This document shows, in pieces, positions 41,788 through 52,013 of a DNA stretch of 64,000 bases (its first letter is position 1; every line of letters begins with the position of its first letter). A program made the translations under genes and the position numbers. Source of the stretch: Prochlorococcus sp. AG-409-A10. GTDB lineage: Bacteria; Cyanobacteriota; Cyanobacteriia; PCC-6307; Cyanobiaceae. Under the pieces are notes generated by a model. The model saw nothing but the letters and a program-made list of their open reading frames with translations. It did no database searches and was not told where the DNA came from. The stretch spans positions 5,166 to 69,165 of the forward strand of contig QCJG01000008.1 of assembly GCA_003216175.1 (NCBI GenBank), given 5' to 3'.

Positions 41788-41896
41788 CTTATTAAAAGAA
41801 CACAAATTAATATACAAACTTCGTTTAAAAATGGCAGCAAAGCTTTTTATAGGCAAAATACAATTGTTATGATCTAGTTCTTAAGACTTCTAAGGT

Positions 41897-42220
41897 ATGT
41901 CCACAGCTTCTGCAGTAACTGATTCCTCTTTCGAACAAGAAGTCCTACAGAGCGATGTCCCTGTTTTGGTAGATTTCTGGGCTCCTTGGTGCGGACCTTG
42001 CAGAATGGTTGCTCCAATTGTTGAAGAGATCTCAAAAGATTTTGAAGGCAAAATAAAAGTTTTCAAATTAAACACTGATGAGAACCCAAATGTTGCTAGT
42101 CAGTATGGGATCAGAAGCATACCAACCCTAATGATCTTTAAAGGAGGTCAAAAAGTAGATACTGTTGTCGGAGCAGTGCCAAAAGCCACCCTTTCTGGAA
42201 CAATCTCCAAACATCTTTAA
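41897..42220 (+). CDS. trxA: Thioredoxin (m-type TrxA)
   Basis: [20 protein letters not shown]. Confidence 0.98.
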   Translation: MSTASAVTDSSFEQEVLQSDVPVLVDFWAPWCGPCRMVAPIVEEISKDFEGKIKVFKLNTDENPNVASQYGIRSIPTLMIFKGGQKVDTVVGAVPKATLSGTISKHL

Positions 42221-42279
42221 TCTCAAATTAAATAATTTAGATTTTAGAGCCCTATTTAAATGATTCAAAGGAAAATATT

Positions 42280-42909
42280 TTGGCAAAAATTGGATTAATA
42301 GATTATGGGATGGGTAATCTTTTTTCCGTTCAACAAGCATTTAAAAGGCTTAATCAACCTTTAAATATTATTTCCGATATCAGATCACTCAATTCCTGTG
42401 ATGCTCTAATTCTTCCTGGAGTAGGTGCTTTTGATCCCGCAATGATGAATTTAAGAAAAACTGAACTAATACCCTCAATAATTGACTGGATAAATAATGG
42501 AAAACCACTTATTGGAATTTGTCTAGGATTACAGCTTTTATTCGAGACTAGTGATGAGGGCACTTCAAAAGGTTTAGGAGTTATCAAAGGTCATATTCGC
42601 AGATTACCTCAAGAAACGAATGAAAGAATTCCTCATATTGGTTGGTCTCCCATATACAAAACAAATGAATGTCCCATTCTAGAAAATTATCCTGATTCTA
42701 ATTGGATGTATTTCGTCCACTCATACTCCGCATGTCCTTTAGAACAAAAGAATACTGTGGCGATAACAAAATTTGGTAACACCGACGTTTCATCTATTGT
42801 TTGGTTTAAAAATACTGGAGCATGTCAATTTCATCCTGAGAAATCTGGGGTTGCAGGACAAAAACTTATTTTCAACTGGATTAATTGGTTGAAAAAAAAT
42901 AAATTCTAG
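42280..42909 (+). CDS. hisH: Imidazole glycerol phosphate synthase, glutamine amidotransferase subunit
   Basis: IDYGMGNL, LPGVGAF, GICLGLQ, PHIGW, YFVHSY, QFHPEKS. Confidence 0.97.
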   Translation: MAKIGLIDYGMGNLFSVQQAFKRLNQPLNIISDIRSLNSCDALILPGVGAFDPAMMNLRKTELIPSIIDWINNGKPLIGICLGLQLLFETSDEGTSKGLGVIKGHIRRLPQETNERIPHIGWSPIYKTNECPILENYPDSNWMYFVHSYSACPLEQKNTVAITKFGNTDVSSIVWFKNTGACQFHPEKSGVAGQKLIFNWINWLKKNKF

Positions 42910-42910
42910 T

Positions 42911-43552
42911 TTGAAAGGGAAACTGAAACTTTTATCTGGGAAAAGGATAGAAAGTCCTTTAAGCCTAAAGACAAGACCCACCTCATCAAAAGTAAGAGAG
43001 GCACTAATCAATATTCTTGGAAATAAACTTAGAGGAGCAAGTTGGCTAGATCTTTGCAGCGGAAGTGGAGCAATGGCATGTGAAGCTCTTCAAAAAGGGG
43101 TAAGAAGGGTTCTTGCAATTGAAAGGAAGAGGCAAGTAGCAAAAACATGCAAAAAAAATCTTATAGCTATATCTAGTTCCATGGATCACTCAATACATAT
43201 TGAAGTCATATGCAATGAATTGATTTCATTTCTGAAAAAGGGTCCAAAAAACAAAAAAATTGAGTTTATTAAAAGTCACCCAAATCAAAGTCCTGAAGAA
43301 AAATTTGATTTTATTTTTCTTGACCCTCCATACGAATCTGGATTATATGAATTTTCACAAGAACTTTTATTTACTAAAAAATGGATTAAAGAATCATCTA
43401 CTTTAATATGCGAATGCTCGTCAAAATCAATGCCAAGAATACATAATGGTTGGAAATTAAATAAAGAGAAAATTTATGGAAACACTTCTCTTCTTTTTCT
43501 TATTCCCAATCAGGCATTGAACTGCTTCGACGATACTGATTCCATGCACTAA
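42911..43552 (+). CDS. rsmD: 16S rRNA m2G966 methyltransferase
   Basis: [34 protein letters not shown]. Confidence 0.9.
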
Positions 43553-43619
43553 CAAAAAGGCCTAATAATGTTATGGGAACTAGTCCAAGCACAATCCCAC
43601 ATAGCAGAGGCTCAATCAT
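43500..43619 (-). CDS. petG: Cytochrome b6f subunit V (39 aa), not in the ORF track
   Basis: Manual translation [39 protein letters not shown]; PetG signature EPLL.GIVLGL.P.T..GLF..A..QYRR. Confidence 0.96.
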
Positions 43620-43675
43620 TGGCTCGCATTTTTTATCATTACTAGTAACAATTCTTTCATGTCAAAGAGGTTTTA

Positions 43676-44065
43676 GTGAATACTCCGTCATCAAAAGCAT
43701 TAATTGATAAGGAGCAAAAGATTAGCGCTTTGCGAATATTCCTATTATCTACTGCTACTCTCGTCTTGCTTATCCTTTTTTGGATAATAGGAGACTTAAA
43801 ACAAGATCCTTTCGTAACTGAAACTTTATCTATCAAAGGGGAAGCTTCATCTGGAAGCAAATTATTTAAGATCAATTGTGTAGGTTGCCATGGGATTTCA
43901 GCACAAGGATTTGTAGGGCCCGACCTTCACGAAGCAACTCAAGAGATGAGTGATAAAAAGATTATTTATCAAGTTATTCGAGGATTGACTCCACCAATGC
44001 CAAGTTTTGAAATTGAACCTCAATCAATGGCTGATCTATTGGCATATATGCATTCACTTAATTAA
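43676..44065 (+). CDS. cytM: Cytochrome cM
   Basis: N-terminal TM, CVGCH heme motif, GPDL, TPPMPSF Met ligand; divergent from petG. Confidence 0.85.
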   Translation: MNTPSSKALIDKEQKISALRIFLLSTATLVLLILFWIIGDLKQDPFVTETLSIKGEASSGSKLFKINCVGCHGISAQGFVGPDLHEATQEMSDKKIIYQVIRGLTPPMPSFEIEPQSMADLLAYMHSLN

Positions 44066-44067
44066 TA

Positions 44068-44805
44068 GTGGCTAGTGAAAAAACTCTAAAAGTAGTACTT
44101 GTTGAACCAGCAGGGCCTATCAATGTTGGAAGCGTTGCAAGACTCTGTGAAAACTTTAATGTTGATGAATTAAGGTTAGTTTCTCCTAAATGCGATTATT
44201 TAGATCAAGAAGCGAAAAAGATGTCTGTCAGAGGATTAAAGGTATTAGAGAAAGCAAAAGTGTATAAGGATCTAAATTCAGCACTTTCTGACTGCTCAAG
44301 AATCATTGCTACTTGCGGAAGAAAAGAACATGGAGAAATTCCACTAAATTCAAATAAAGATGCTTTAAGCTGGGCTCTTAAATCAGAAAGAGAAGAGACC
44401 ATAGCTTTGGTTTTCGGAAGAGAAGACAGAGGTTTGTCTAATGAAGAGCTTTTGAAAGCAAATAAAGTGATTTGTCTTAATACAAGTGAAAATTATCCAT
44501 CATTAAATCTTTCACATGCAGTCGCAATTGTTCTTCATCAATTCAATCAATTGAATGATCTTGAATTATTAAAACTCCATACAAAAATAAGTTATCCAGC
44601 AAATTTAATTAAATTAGAAGATTGTATTAATGATGTAGGTAGTCTTCTACTTGATATTGGTTTCTTAATGAAACATACATATAAAGCCAAAATGAATAAA
44701 ATCAAACAATTGCTTTTAAGAAGTGAGATAACAGATGATGAAGTTGCACTAATTAGAGGAATAATTAGCCAAGCAAGATGGAAAATCAAAAATAAAAATG
44801 ATTAA
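44068..44805 (+). CDS. SPOUT RNA methyltransferase, TrmJ/TrmH family
   Basis: VVLVEP....NVGSVAR, VFGREDRGL.NEEL, YPSLNLSHAV. Confidence 0.9.
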   Translation: MASEKTLKVVLVEPAGPINVGSVARLCENFNVDELRLVSPKCDYLDQEAKKMSVRGLKVLEKAKVYKDLNSALSDCSRIIATCGRKEHGEIPLNSNKDALSWALKSEREETIALVFGREDRGLSNEELLKANKVICLNTSENYPSLNLSHAVAIVLHQFNQLNDLELLKLHTKISYPANLIKLEDCINDVGSLLLDIGFLMKHTYKAKMNKIKQLLLRSEITDDEVALIRGIISQARWKIKNKND

Positions 44806-44858
44806 TTAAAATAACAAGCTACAATAGATAGCAAGGGTTTATATTCTTTCATTTAAAA

Positions 44859-45932
44859 GTGAAAAGTCATCTCAAAGGATTAACGAATATATTATTAACA
44901 AGCATAGGTTTATCAGTTTTACTTGGAAGTTTTTTACGGATAGTTGGACCAATCAATCAAACCTATAGAATAAATAAGAAAATTAATCCAGTAGAAAAAT
45001 CAAAGAGGTCTTTTGAGAAAAAATTACTAATAAGAAAATCTAACTTGTCATCATTTTATAATGATAAATTAGAAAAATTTGAAAGACTAGAAAAATTAAT
45101 TAATAAGTGGGAAAACCTTATTATTAAGAATCCAGATCTAGATGTTAGTGCGTTTTTCTTATCATTAGATAATCAACTCTATGCAGAAATAAAATCAGAT
45201 TTAAAGCTTTCTGCTGCAAGCAGTATCAAGGTCCCTATTCTAATTATTTTACTTACAATGCTAGAGAGAGGAGAAATATTTTGGAATGAAAGTTTGGTAC
45301 TTTCTGAAGACACCATCGGGAGTGGTTCTGGCTGGATGGCATACCAAGAGATTGGTGAAGTTTTTCCTGTTTATGAAGTAGCTTCGGAAATGATTAGAGT
45401 TAGCGATAATACAGCAACTAATTTACTAATAAAAAGATTGGGTGGAATCAATGTAGTTAATCAAAGATTCAAAGAAATTGGATTAAAAGATACACAAATA
45501 AATAACTATCTACCTGATCTAGATGGGACAAATGTTACATCAACAAAGGATCTATCTTTAGCCATGGCTCTTGTAGATAATGGTTATCTACTTAATGTTA
45601 ATTCTAGAGATATTTTCAGAGACATCATGGGCAAATCAAAAACAAATACATTAATACCCTCTGGAATTTTAAGAGGTCTTGGGAAAGAATCAAAAGACAC
45701 TGACTATCATCTTTCATTAAAAGGTTATTTAGTTCACAACAAAACTGGTGATATTGGAATCTCATATGTAGATACTGCTCTAATTCAAACTCCCCATAAC
45801 TCAAGGGCATTTGCAAGTTTTATAGTCAAAGGTCCATTTAACGATCCAAGATCACCTGAATTGATAAGAAATTTATCAGCAGAATTAATCCCTTTTCTTG
45901 TGCCAGAGCAGAAATCAAGCAATTCAAATTAG
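44859..45932 (+). CDS. Serine hydrolase of the class A beta-lactamase fold, cyanobacterial PBP-A type
   Basis: N-terminal TM; SxxK (AASSIK), SDN (VSDNT), KTG (NKTGD); omega loop LPDLDGTN without the deacylating Glu. Confidence 0.8.
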   Translation: MKSHLKGLTNILLTSIGLSVLLGSFLRIVGPINQTYRINKKINPVEKSKRSFEKKLLIRKSNLSSFYNDKLEKFERLEKLINKWENLIIKNPDLDVSAFFLSLDNQLYAEIKSDLKLSAASSIKVPILIILLTMLERGEIFWNESLVLSEDTIGSGSGWMAYQEIGEVFPVYEVASEMIRVSDNTATNLLIKRLGGINVVNQRFKEIGLKDTQINNYLPDLDGTNVTSTKDLSLAMALVDNGYLLNVNSRDIFRDIMGKSKTNTLIPSGILRGLGKESKDTDYHLSLKGYLVHNKTGDIGISYVDTALIQTPHNSRAFASFIVKGPFNDPRSPELIRNLSAELIPFLVPEQKSSNSN

Positions 45933-46043
45933 ATTTTTTACTCACTTAAATAAACTTTTGCTTTTCATTATCATTTTTTTTTTGAACTTTATCAATCTAA
46001 AGTGGCCTGCTTATGAAACAATCTTGTAACCAGTACTAAGAAA

Positions 46044-47132
46044 GTGAGTTCAACTAGAAAACGCAGAGTTTTTCCATTCACTTCAGTGATTGGACAAGAG
46101 GAAATGAAGCTAGCGCTTCTTTTAAATGTTATTGATCCAAGGATTGGCGGCGTAATGATAATGGGTGATAGAGGTACAGGGAAGTCCACGACCATAAGAG
46201 CACTTGCAGATTTATTACCTGCTATTGAAGTAGTTGAAGGAGATCCCTACAACAGTTCTCTTGATGATCCAGATCTTCAAAGCAATGATGTAAGGGAAAG
46301 AATAGAAAGTGGCAGCGATATTCAAAAAGGCGAGAAACAAGTTCCTATGATTGATTTACCATTAGGCGCTACTGAAGATAGGCTTTGTGGAACTATTGAT
46401 ATTGAAAAGGCTCTTAGTGAAGGTGTTAGAGCTTTTGAGCCAGGACTGCTCGCCAAAGCGAACAGAGGATTGCTTTATGTTGACGAAGTCAACTTACTAG
46501 ATGATCACCTTGTTGACGTACTTCTAGACTCTGCTGCTTCAGGCTGGAATACAGTTGAACGAGAAGGGATTTCGGTTCGACATCCTGCAAGATTTGTACT
46601 TATTGGTTCAGGAAACCCTGAGGAAGGCGAATTAAGGCCACAGCTTCTTGATCGTTTTGGTATGAGTGTAGAAGTAAGAACCGTAAGAGAAGCAAAGCTT
46701 CGCGTTCAAGTTGTTGATCAACGCACAGCCTTTGACAATGATCCTGAATCTTTTAGCGATTCGGTTCAAGCTAACCAAGATTCGCTTCAACAAAAAGTGG
46801 TTGATGCTCAAAATTTACTTAACGAGGTTTCTATCGATGAAGATCTTAGATTAAGGATTTCAGCAGTTTGTGGTGAACTTGATGTCGATGGACTTAGAGG
46901 AGATATTGTTACGAATAGAGCAGCTAGAGCCCTTGCTGCCTTTGAAGGAAGAAAAGAAGTAACTGAAGAAGATATTGCTCGCGTGGTGTCTACAGCTTTA
47001 AGACATAGACTTAGAAAAGATCCTCTTGAACAAGTTGATTCTGGAGATAGAGTAATAAAAGCTTTTTGCAAAGTATTTGAAAGGAATGAAACTAATGATG
47101 TATCTGAATTTGAACTAGCGACAACAAACTAA
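46044..47132 (+). CDS. chlI: Magnesium chelatase subunit I
   Basis: [59 protein letters not shown]. Confidence 0.98.
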   Translation: MSSTRKRRVFPFTSVIGQEEMKLALLLNVIDPRIGGVMIMGDRGTGKSTTIRALADLLPAIEVVEGDPYNSSLDDPDLQSNDVRERIESGSDIQKGEKQVPMIDLPLGATEDRLCGTIDIEKALSEGVRAFEPGLLAKANRGLLYVDEVNLLDDHLVDVLLDSAASGWNTVEREGISVRHPARFVLIGSGNPEEGELRPQLLDRFGMSVEVRTVREAKLRVQVVDQRTAFDNDPESFSDSVQANQDSLQQKVVDAQNLLNEVSIDEDLRLRISAVCGELDVDGLRGDIVTNRAARALAAFEGRKEVTEEDIARVVSTALRHRLRKDPLEQVDSGDRVIKAFCKVFERNETNDVSEFELATTN

Positions 47133-47597
47133 GTGAGAATATTAGGAATAGATCCAGGGCTAGCGAGAGTAGGTTATGGAATTATTGAGGAAATAAAAGG
47201 GAAAAAAATAATGCTGGATTGCGGAATAATAGAAACAAAATCAACACAAAAAGAAGAAAAAAGACTTGTAGAAATATCAAATGATTTAAGCTCAATAATA
47301 AACAAATGGAATCCTAATTCTGCTGCAGTAGAAAAGTTTTTTTTCTATCGTTCTAGTACAACAATTAGTGTTGTTCAGGCTCGCGGAGTGATCATGATGA
47401 CTTTAGGAAAGCACAATCTTCATATTCAAGAATTCCCACCAATGCAAATCAAACTGGCTGTGACTGGTTATGGTCATTCTGATAAAGATGAGGTGTTAAA
47501 TTCTGTCATGCATGAACTCAGTATAACTTCACCGCCAAAGCCAGATGATGCTGCAGATGCACTAGCCATAGCTCTCACTGGAATTTATCTTCAATAA
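47133..47597 (+). CDS. ruvC: Holliday junction resolvase
   Basis: [34 protein letters not shown]. Confidence 0.96.
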   Translation: MRILGIDPGLARVGYGIIEEIKGKKIMLDCGIIETKSTQKEEKRLVEISNDLSSIINKWNPNSAAVEKFFFYRSSTTISVVQARGVIMMTLGKHNLHIQEFPPMQIKLAVTGYGHSDKDEVLNSVMHELSITSPPKPDDAADALAIALTGIYLQ

Positions 47598-47625
47598 TTG
47601 AATCTATAATTAGAATATATTATTT

Positions 47626-48222
47626 ATGGAAAATATGTATGATGATATTAAATCAAAAAAAGAAATTAAACGAAAGAAATATAATTTAATCCGTAATTCT
47701 AATTCATCCTTAATACATGAGAAAATAAAGTTGAATGTCAAATCAACATTAAATATACTTTTGAAAAAATATCATGTTGAAGGAAAATATATAGGTCTTT
47801 ATTGGCCATTAAAAGGTGAAGTGGATATAAGATTTATTAAAGACATTAATAATCAAAAAGTTGCTTTACCTTCGAGTTCTAAAAGCAAAGGTATTAACTA
47901 TCATCATTGGTCAAACAATCCACTAAAGATAGATTCAAACAATATTCCGGCACCAATAGGCAAAAACACCCTTAAACCTAAAGATATTTCTATCCTATTT
48001 GTCCCCGCAATAGCTATCGATCAAGAAGGATACAGGTTAGGTTACGGGGGCGGTTACTTTGATCGTCTTCGACAAAGAGATTTGTGGTTTTCCATACCAT
48101 CATTTGTAGTCATCAGTAATAATTGCATATCAAAAAAACCATTACCTAGAGACAGATGGGACCTTCCATTTAACGGCTGGATTAGCGAGAAAGGTCTACA
48201 TCAAATTGAAGCAACTAAATAA
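47626..48222 (+). CDS. 5-formyltetrahydrofolate cyclo-ligase
   Basis: YWPLKGEVD, FVPAIA.DQ.GYRLGYGGGYFDR, WDLP. Confidence 0.92.
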   Translation: MENMYDDIKSKKEIKRKKYNLIRNSNSSLIHEKIKLNVKSTLNILLKKYHVEGKYIGLYWPLKGEVDIRFIKDINNQKVALPSSSKSKGINYHHWSNNPLKIDSNNIPAPIGKNTLKPKDISILFVPAIAIDQEGYRLGYGGGYFDRLRQRDLWFSIPSFVVISNNCISKKPLPRDRWDLPFNGWISEKGLHQIEATK

Positions 48223-48264
48223 TTAGTTAGGCTTTAAGATATAAAAATTGCTTGAACTAAAGAG

Positions 48265-48729
48265 GTGACTGAAATCAAAGAAAAATCTTTCATAAATACT
48301 TATGGGAGTAATTCATTAGATAATCTTATAGGACGTCTGCAATCAACTTCGGATCCCAAAAGACGCTATGAATATATTTTATGGCTAGCTAAAAGTTTGC
48401 CGTTGCTAAGTGACGATCTTCGCCTAGAAACTACTAAGGTAAAAGGATGCATTTCAGAAGTATATGTTCTTGGAATTCTTTTGAATGGAAAAATACAATG
48501 GAAAGGCTATTCAGACGCACTCATAACGAAAGGATTGCTTGCTTTTCTAATAAAAGGTTTGAATGATCTAACACCTTTTGAAGTACTCTCTATAAATGAA
48601 AAATTTATTGAGATGACTGGACTAAGCAAAAGCTTGACACCATCAAGAGCAAATGGTTTTCTCAACATATTCCTAAAAATGAAAGCTCAAGCAAAAAATC
48701 TATCACTACCAAGCTCTGAGAATGAATAA
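48265..48729 (+). CDS. sufE: Fe-S cluster sulfur acceptor SufE
   Basis: KVKGCISEV (active Cys), SDALITKGL, LTPSRANGF. Confidence 0.92.
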   Translation: MTEIKEKSFINTYGSNSLDNLIGRLQSTSDPKRRYEYILWLAKSLPLLSDDLRLETTKVKGCISEVYVLGILLNGKIQWKGYSDALITKGLLAFLIKGLNDLTPFEVLSINEKFIEMTGLSKSLTPSRANGFLNIFLKMKAQAKNLSLPSSENE

Positions 48730-50080
48730 ATCGGATTCAAACAAAATATCGCCTTATAAAAACATGAAAAAAGTTGGTATCGGTTTACTTGGACTAGGAA
48801 CTGTTGGTCAGGGTGTTGCAAATATCATTAGTAGCCCAAACAACAGACATCCACTGGTAGGAGAACTTGAACTTGTCGGTGTTGCAGTAAAGAATCTTCA
48901 AAAGAAAAGAGATATATCTATCCCAGCATCAATACTTACAACAAACCCAATTGAAATAGTAAACAATCCCAATATTCAAATAGTAGTTGAAGTAATGGGC
49001 GGTATAGAGCCAGCAAAATCATTAATTATCCAAGCCATAAGAGCAGGAAAATCTGTTGTAACTGCAAACAAAGCAGTAATTGCAAGACATGGTGAAGAGA
49101 TTTCGAATGAAGCAAAAGCCGCTGGGGTTTATGTCCTTATTGAAGCAGCAGTAGGAGGAGGAATCCCAATAATTGAGCCTTTAAAACAATCATTAGGGGG
49201 AAATCAGATAACGAAAGTAAGCGGAATAATAAATGGAACAACTAATTACATACTCTCCAGAATGGATAAAGAAGGAGCTAATTATGAGGATGTTTTAAAA
49301 GATGCCCAAGCGCTTGGATATGCAGAAAGTGATCCAGCTGCTGATGTAGAGGGATCCGACGCAGCTGACAAAATTGCAATTTTAAGTGGCCTTGCCTTTG
49401 GTGGAGCAATTAATCGATCTGGCATACCCACAACTGGTATAAATTCCCTAGAAGGCATAGATGTTAACTATGCAAGAAAGTTAGGATATGGAATTAAGCT
49501 TTTAGCAATATCTGAGAAAGGCGAAACTCAATCAAAAGGGGAAAATAGTCAACCCTTATCTGTTTGGGTTGAGCCCACATTAGTACCTGAAGACAATCCA
49601 TTAGCAGGGGTAAATGGAGTGAACAATGCAATCCTTGTAGAAGGAAATCCCATTGGCCAAGTAATGTTTTTTGGACCAGGTGCAGGATCCGGTCCAACTG
49701 CATCAGCAGTTGTTGCCGACATACTTAACATTGCAGGTATTCAGTCTATGAGTGAATACAAAGTCTTGAAATTAGACCCACTTCTTTCAGCAAAAAGTTG
49801 GAGAAATTGTCACGTATCAGAAAAGAAACAAATAACCAAAAAGAATTACATACGACTTATTGCTGAAGATAATCCAGGAGTGATTGGAGAAATCGGGACT
49901 ATTTTCGGAAAGAAAAAAATATCTATTGAATCAATTGTGCAATTTGATGCAACGGATAAAGAAGCAGAGATAGTAGTTATTACTCATAAGATTAATCAAG
50001 GTCAACTTGAAGAGGCTCTTTTAGATATAGAAAACTTGTCACAAGTTAAGAGAATTGCCGCAACGATGGGTTGCCTTTAG
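48722..50080 (+). CDS. hom: Homoserine dehydrogenase with C-terminal ACT domain
   Basis: GLGTVG, VVTANKA, EAAVGGGIP, GIINGTTNY, GYAESDP..DVEG.D, GPGAGSGPTA, DNPGVIG. Confidence 0.96.
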   Translation: MNKSDSNKISPYKNMKKVGIGLLGLGTVGQGVANIISSPNNRHPLVGELELVGVAVKNLQKKRDISIPASILTTNPIEIVNNPNIQIVVEVMGGIEPAKSLIIQAIRAGKSVVTANKAVIARHGEEISNEAKAAGVYVLIEAAVGGGIPIIEPLKQSLGGNQITKVSGIINGTTNYILSRMDKEGANYEDVLKDAQALGYAESDPAADVEGSDAADKIAILSGLAFGGAINRSGIPTTGINSLEGIDVNYARKLGYGIKLLAISEKGETQSKGENSQPLSVWVEPTLVPEDNPLAGVNGVNNAILVEGNPIGQVMFFGPGAGSGPTASAVVADILNIAGIQSMSEYKVLKLDPLLSAKSWRNCHVSEKKQITKKNYIRLIAEDNPGVIGEIGTIFGKKKISIESIVQFDATDKEAEIVVITHKINQGQLEEALLDIENLSQVKRIAATMGCL

Positions 50081-50172
50081 CTAACGAAAACTAGTCAAAT
50101 CGGAATTAAGTTGCTACTTATATAAATAGAACAAAAGAAATTTTATCTTAAATTTCTTTTCGGAATTTAACC

Positions 50173-50391
50173 ATGAAAACACCCAAAAACGTAATCGAGA
50201 AAGCCAGAAAAGAAACTAAAAAAAATATTAATCAAGGAGATTGTGTTTATCTAGAAAATCAAGAAGAACTTTTTCAGGTATTAGGAATAGATAATGCATA
50301 TGAAAAATGTTGGGTTAGAGAATGGCCACTTAATCCAAATGGTTCACCTGTTTTCGAGATATCAATCAAACAAGTATCTCCTAATCAATAA
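50173..50391 (+). CDS. Small conserved hypothetical protein, 72 aa
   Basis: Co-oriented ORF; GDCVYL...FQVLGID....KCWVREWP beta-rich pattern. Confidence 0.65.
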   Translation: MKTPKNVIEKARKETKKNINQGDCVYLENQEELFQVLGIDNAYEKCWVREWPLNPNGSPVFEISIKQVSPNQ

Positions 50392-50433
50392 AAATTTTGT
50401 TCAGGTAGAATTTATTATAGAATTTTATTCTAA

Positions 50434-52011
50434 ATGTTAAAGCTAAATTATATAAAAAATATTTTAAAGTTATCAAGTATTCTCTTAATACTTCTCCAGT
50501 TATCTTGCGTTCAATATAAGAAAAGAGAAAATATTATTGTTGCAAGTGCAGGTAAAATTGAATCCCTCGATCCTGCTCAAGCCAATACTCTTAGGACATT
50601 ACAAATATTAAGTGCTCTTGGAGATACTTTATACAAAATAAATAAGGAAGGAAATCTTACACCAAACTTAGCTAAAAATTTACCAAAAGTAAGTAAGAAT
50701 GGTTTGCTTATAGATATTCCACTTAAAGAAAATATTTCTTTTCACGATGGAACTACTTTTAATGCAGAAGCGATGGCATTTAGTCTTAATCGGTTTAGGG
50801 AAATAGGAACTTTAAATTACCTATTAAATGAAAAAATAGAAGATATTGAAGTAAAAAATGAATTTCTTATAAGAGTAAAATTAAAAAAGCCATCGAGTTC
50901 TTTAAAAAGTCTTTTAACATCAGTAAACTTAACACCTGTATCTCCTAATTCATATTCAGATTATAAAGATACTTTCAATAATAAAAATTTCATAGGAACT
51001 GGCCCTTACTTCTTAGAGAGCTTCAACTCAAGTCAACAAATAATAAAACCATTCAAGAACTATTGGGGAGAAAAGCCTCTGAATAAAGGCATTGACTTTA
51101 TAAATTACATTAATTCAAGTACTCTTTTTGGGGCTATAAAAACGAAAGAAGTTGACGTCCTAATTTCAAATTCTATCGATGATATGCATAGATTAACATT
51201 AAATAATATGGTTAATAAACATCAACTTAAATCAGGAGAAGGTGATCCAATAGAGATAGGGTATATAACATTTAAAAGTAATAAATTACCTTTAAAAAAT
51301 AAAAAAATCAGGGAGGCTCTTTCCTACACAATTGATAGAGAATTAATTAGTCAACAAGTAAGTTTTGGAACTAGAAAACCTTTAAGGTCAATAGTCCCTC
51401 CTCAATTACACAAAAAAGAATTTTCACCATGGCCTAAATATAATCCTAATATTGCAAGATCATTATTGACAAAAGAAGGCTATTGCGAAAAAAATATTCT
51501 ATCTATTCCCTTAACATTTAGATCTAATGTACCTGCTGATAAATTGCTTGCCCTTACATGGAAAAATCAAATTAAAAGAGATTTATCTGATTGTATAGAA
51601 ATAACTTTAAATGGAATTGAATCAACCACAGTTTATAAACAACTTTCGGAGGGGGCTTTTGAAGCAGTTATTTTAGATTGGACTGGAGCATATCCTGACC
51701 CAGAAGCATACTTAACTCCCTTATTAAGTTGTAATGACATAAGTAATAATTCTTGCCTTCAAGGTGAGGCTGTTTTCAGCGGTAGTTTTTGGGGTAATAA
51801 TAAAGTACAAGAACTCTTGGAAAAAAGTGAAGAAATAGAAGGAGAAAGTAGATTAAAAAATTTAATAAAAGTTGAACAACTTGCAGCACAAGGAAGTGCC
51901 TACCTACCAATTTGGCTAGTTAATCCTAAAGCTTGGTCTTTAAAAGATATTAGTCAACCAGAATTCTCAAGCGATGGGTTAATTATTCTTAAGAATTTAA
52001 AAAGAGACTAG
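50434..52011 (+). CDS. dppA: Peptide/nickel ABC transporter substrate-binding lipoprotein (family 5)
   Basis: Lipobox QLSC, SLDPA, FHDGTTFNAEA, GTGPY, IREALS..IDR. Confidence 0.88.
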   Translation: MLKLNYIKNILKLSSILLILLQLSCVQYKKRENIIVASAGKIESLDPAQANTLRTLQILSALGDTLYKINKEGNLTPNLAKNLPKVSKNGLLIDIPLKENISFHDGTTFNAEAMAFSLNRFREIGTLNYLLNEKIEDIEVKNEFLIRVKLKKPSSSLKSLLTSVNLTPVSPNSYSDYKDTFNNKNFIGTGPYFLESFNSSQQIIKPFKNYWGEKPLNKGIDFINYINSSTLFGAIKTKEVDVLISNSIDDMHRLTLNNMVNKHQLKSGEGDPIEIGYITFKSNKLPLKNKKIREALSYTIDRELISQQVSFGTRKPLRSIVPPQLHKKEFSPWPKYNPNIARSLLTKEGYCEKNILSIPLTFRSNVPADKLLALTWKNQIKRDLSDCIEITLNGIESTTVYKQLSEGAFEAVILDWTGAYPDPEAYLTPLLSCNDISNNSCLQGEAVFSGSFWGNNKVQELLEKSEEIEGESRLKNLIKVEQLAAQGSAYLPIWLVNPKAWSLKDISQPEFSSDGLIILKNLKRD

Positions 52012-52013
52012 TT

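Noticed and set aside
50133-50160. AAAAGAAATTT-N6-AAATTTCTTTT inverted repeat
   Set aside because: Almost entirely A/T, low stability; common in this genome's spacers.
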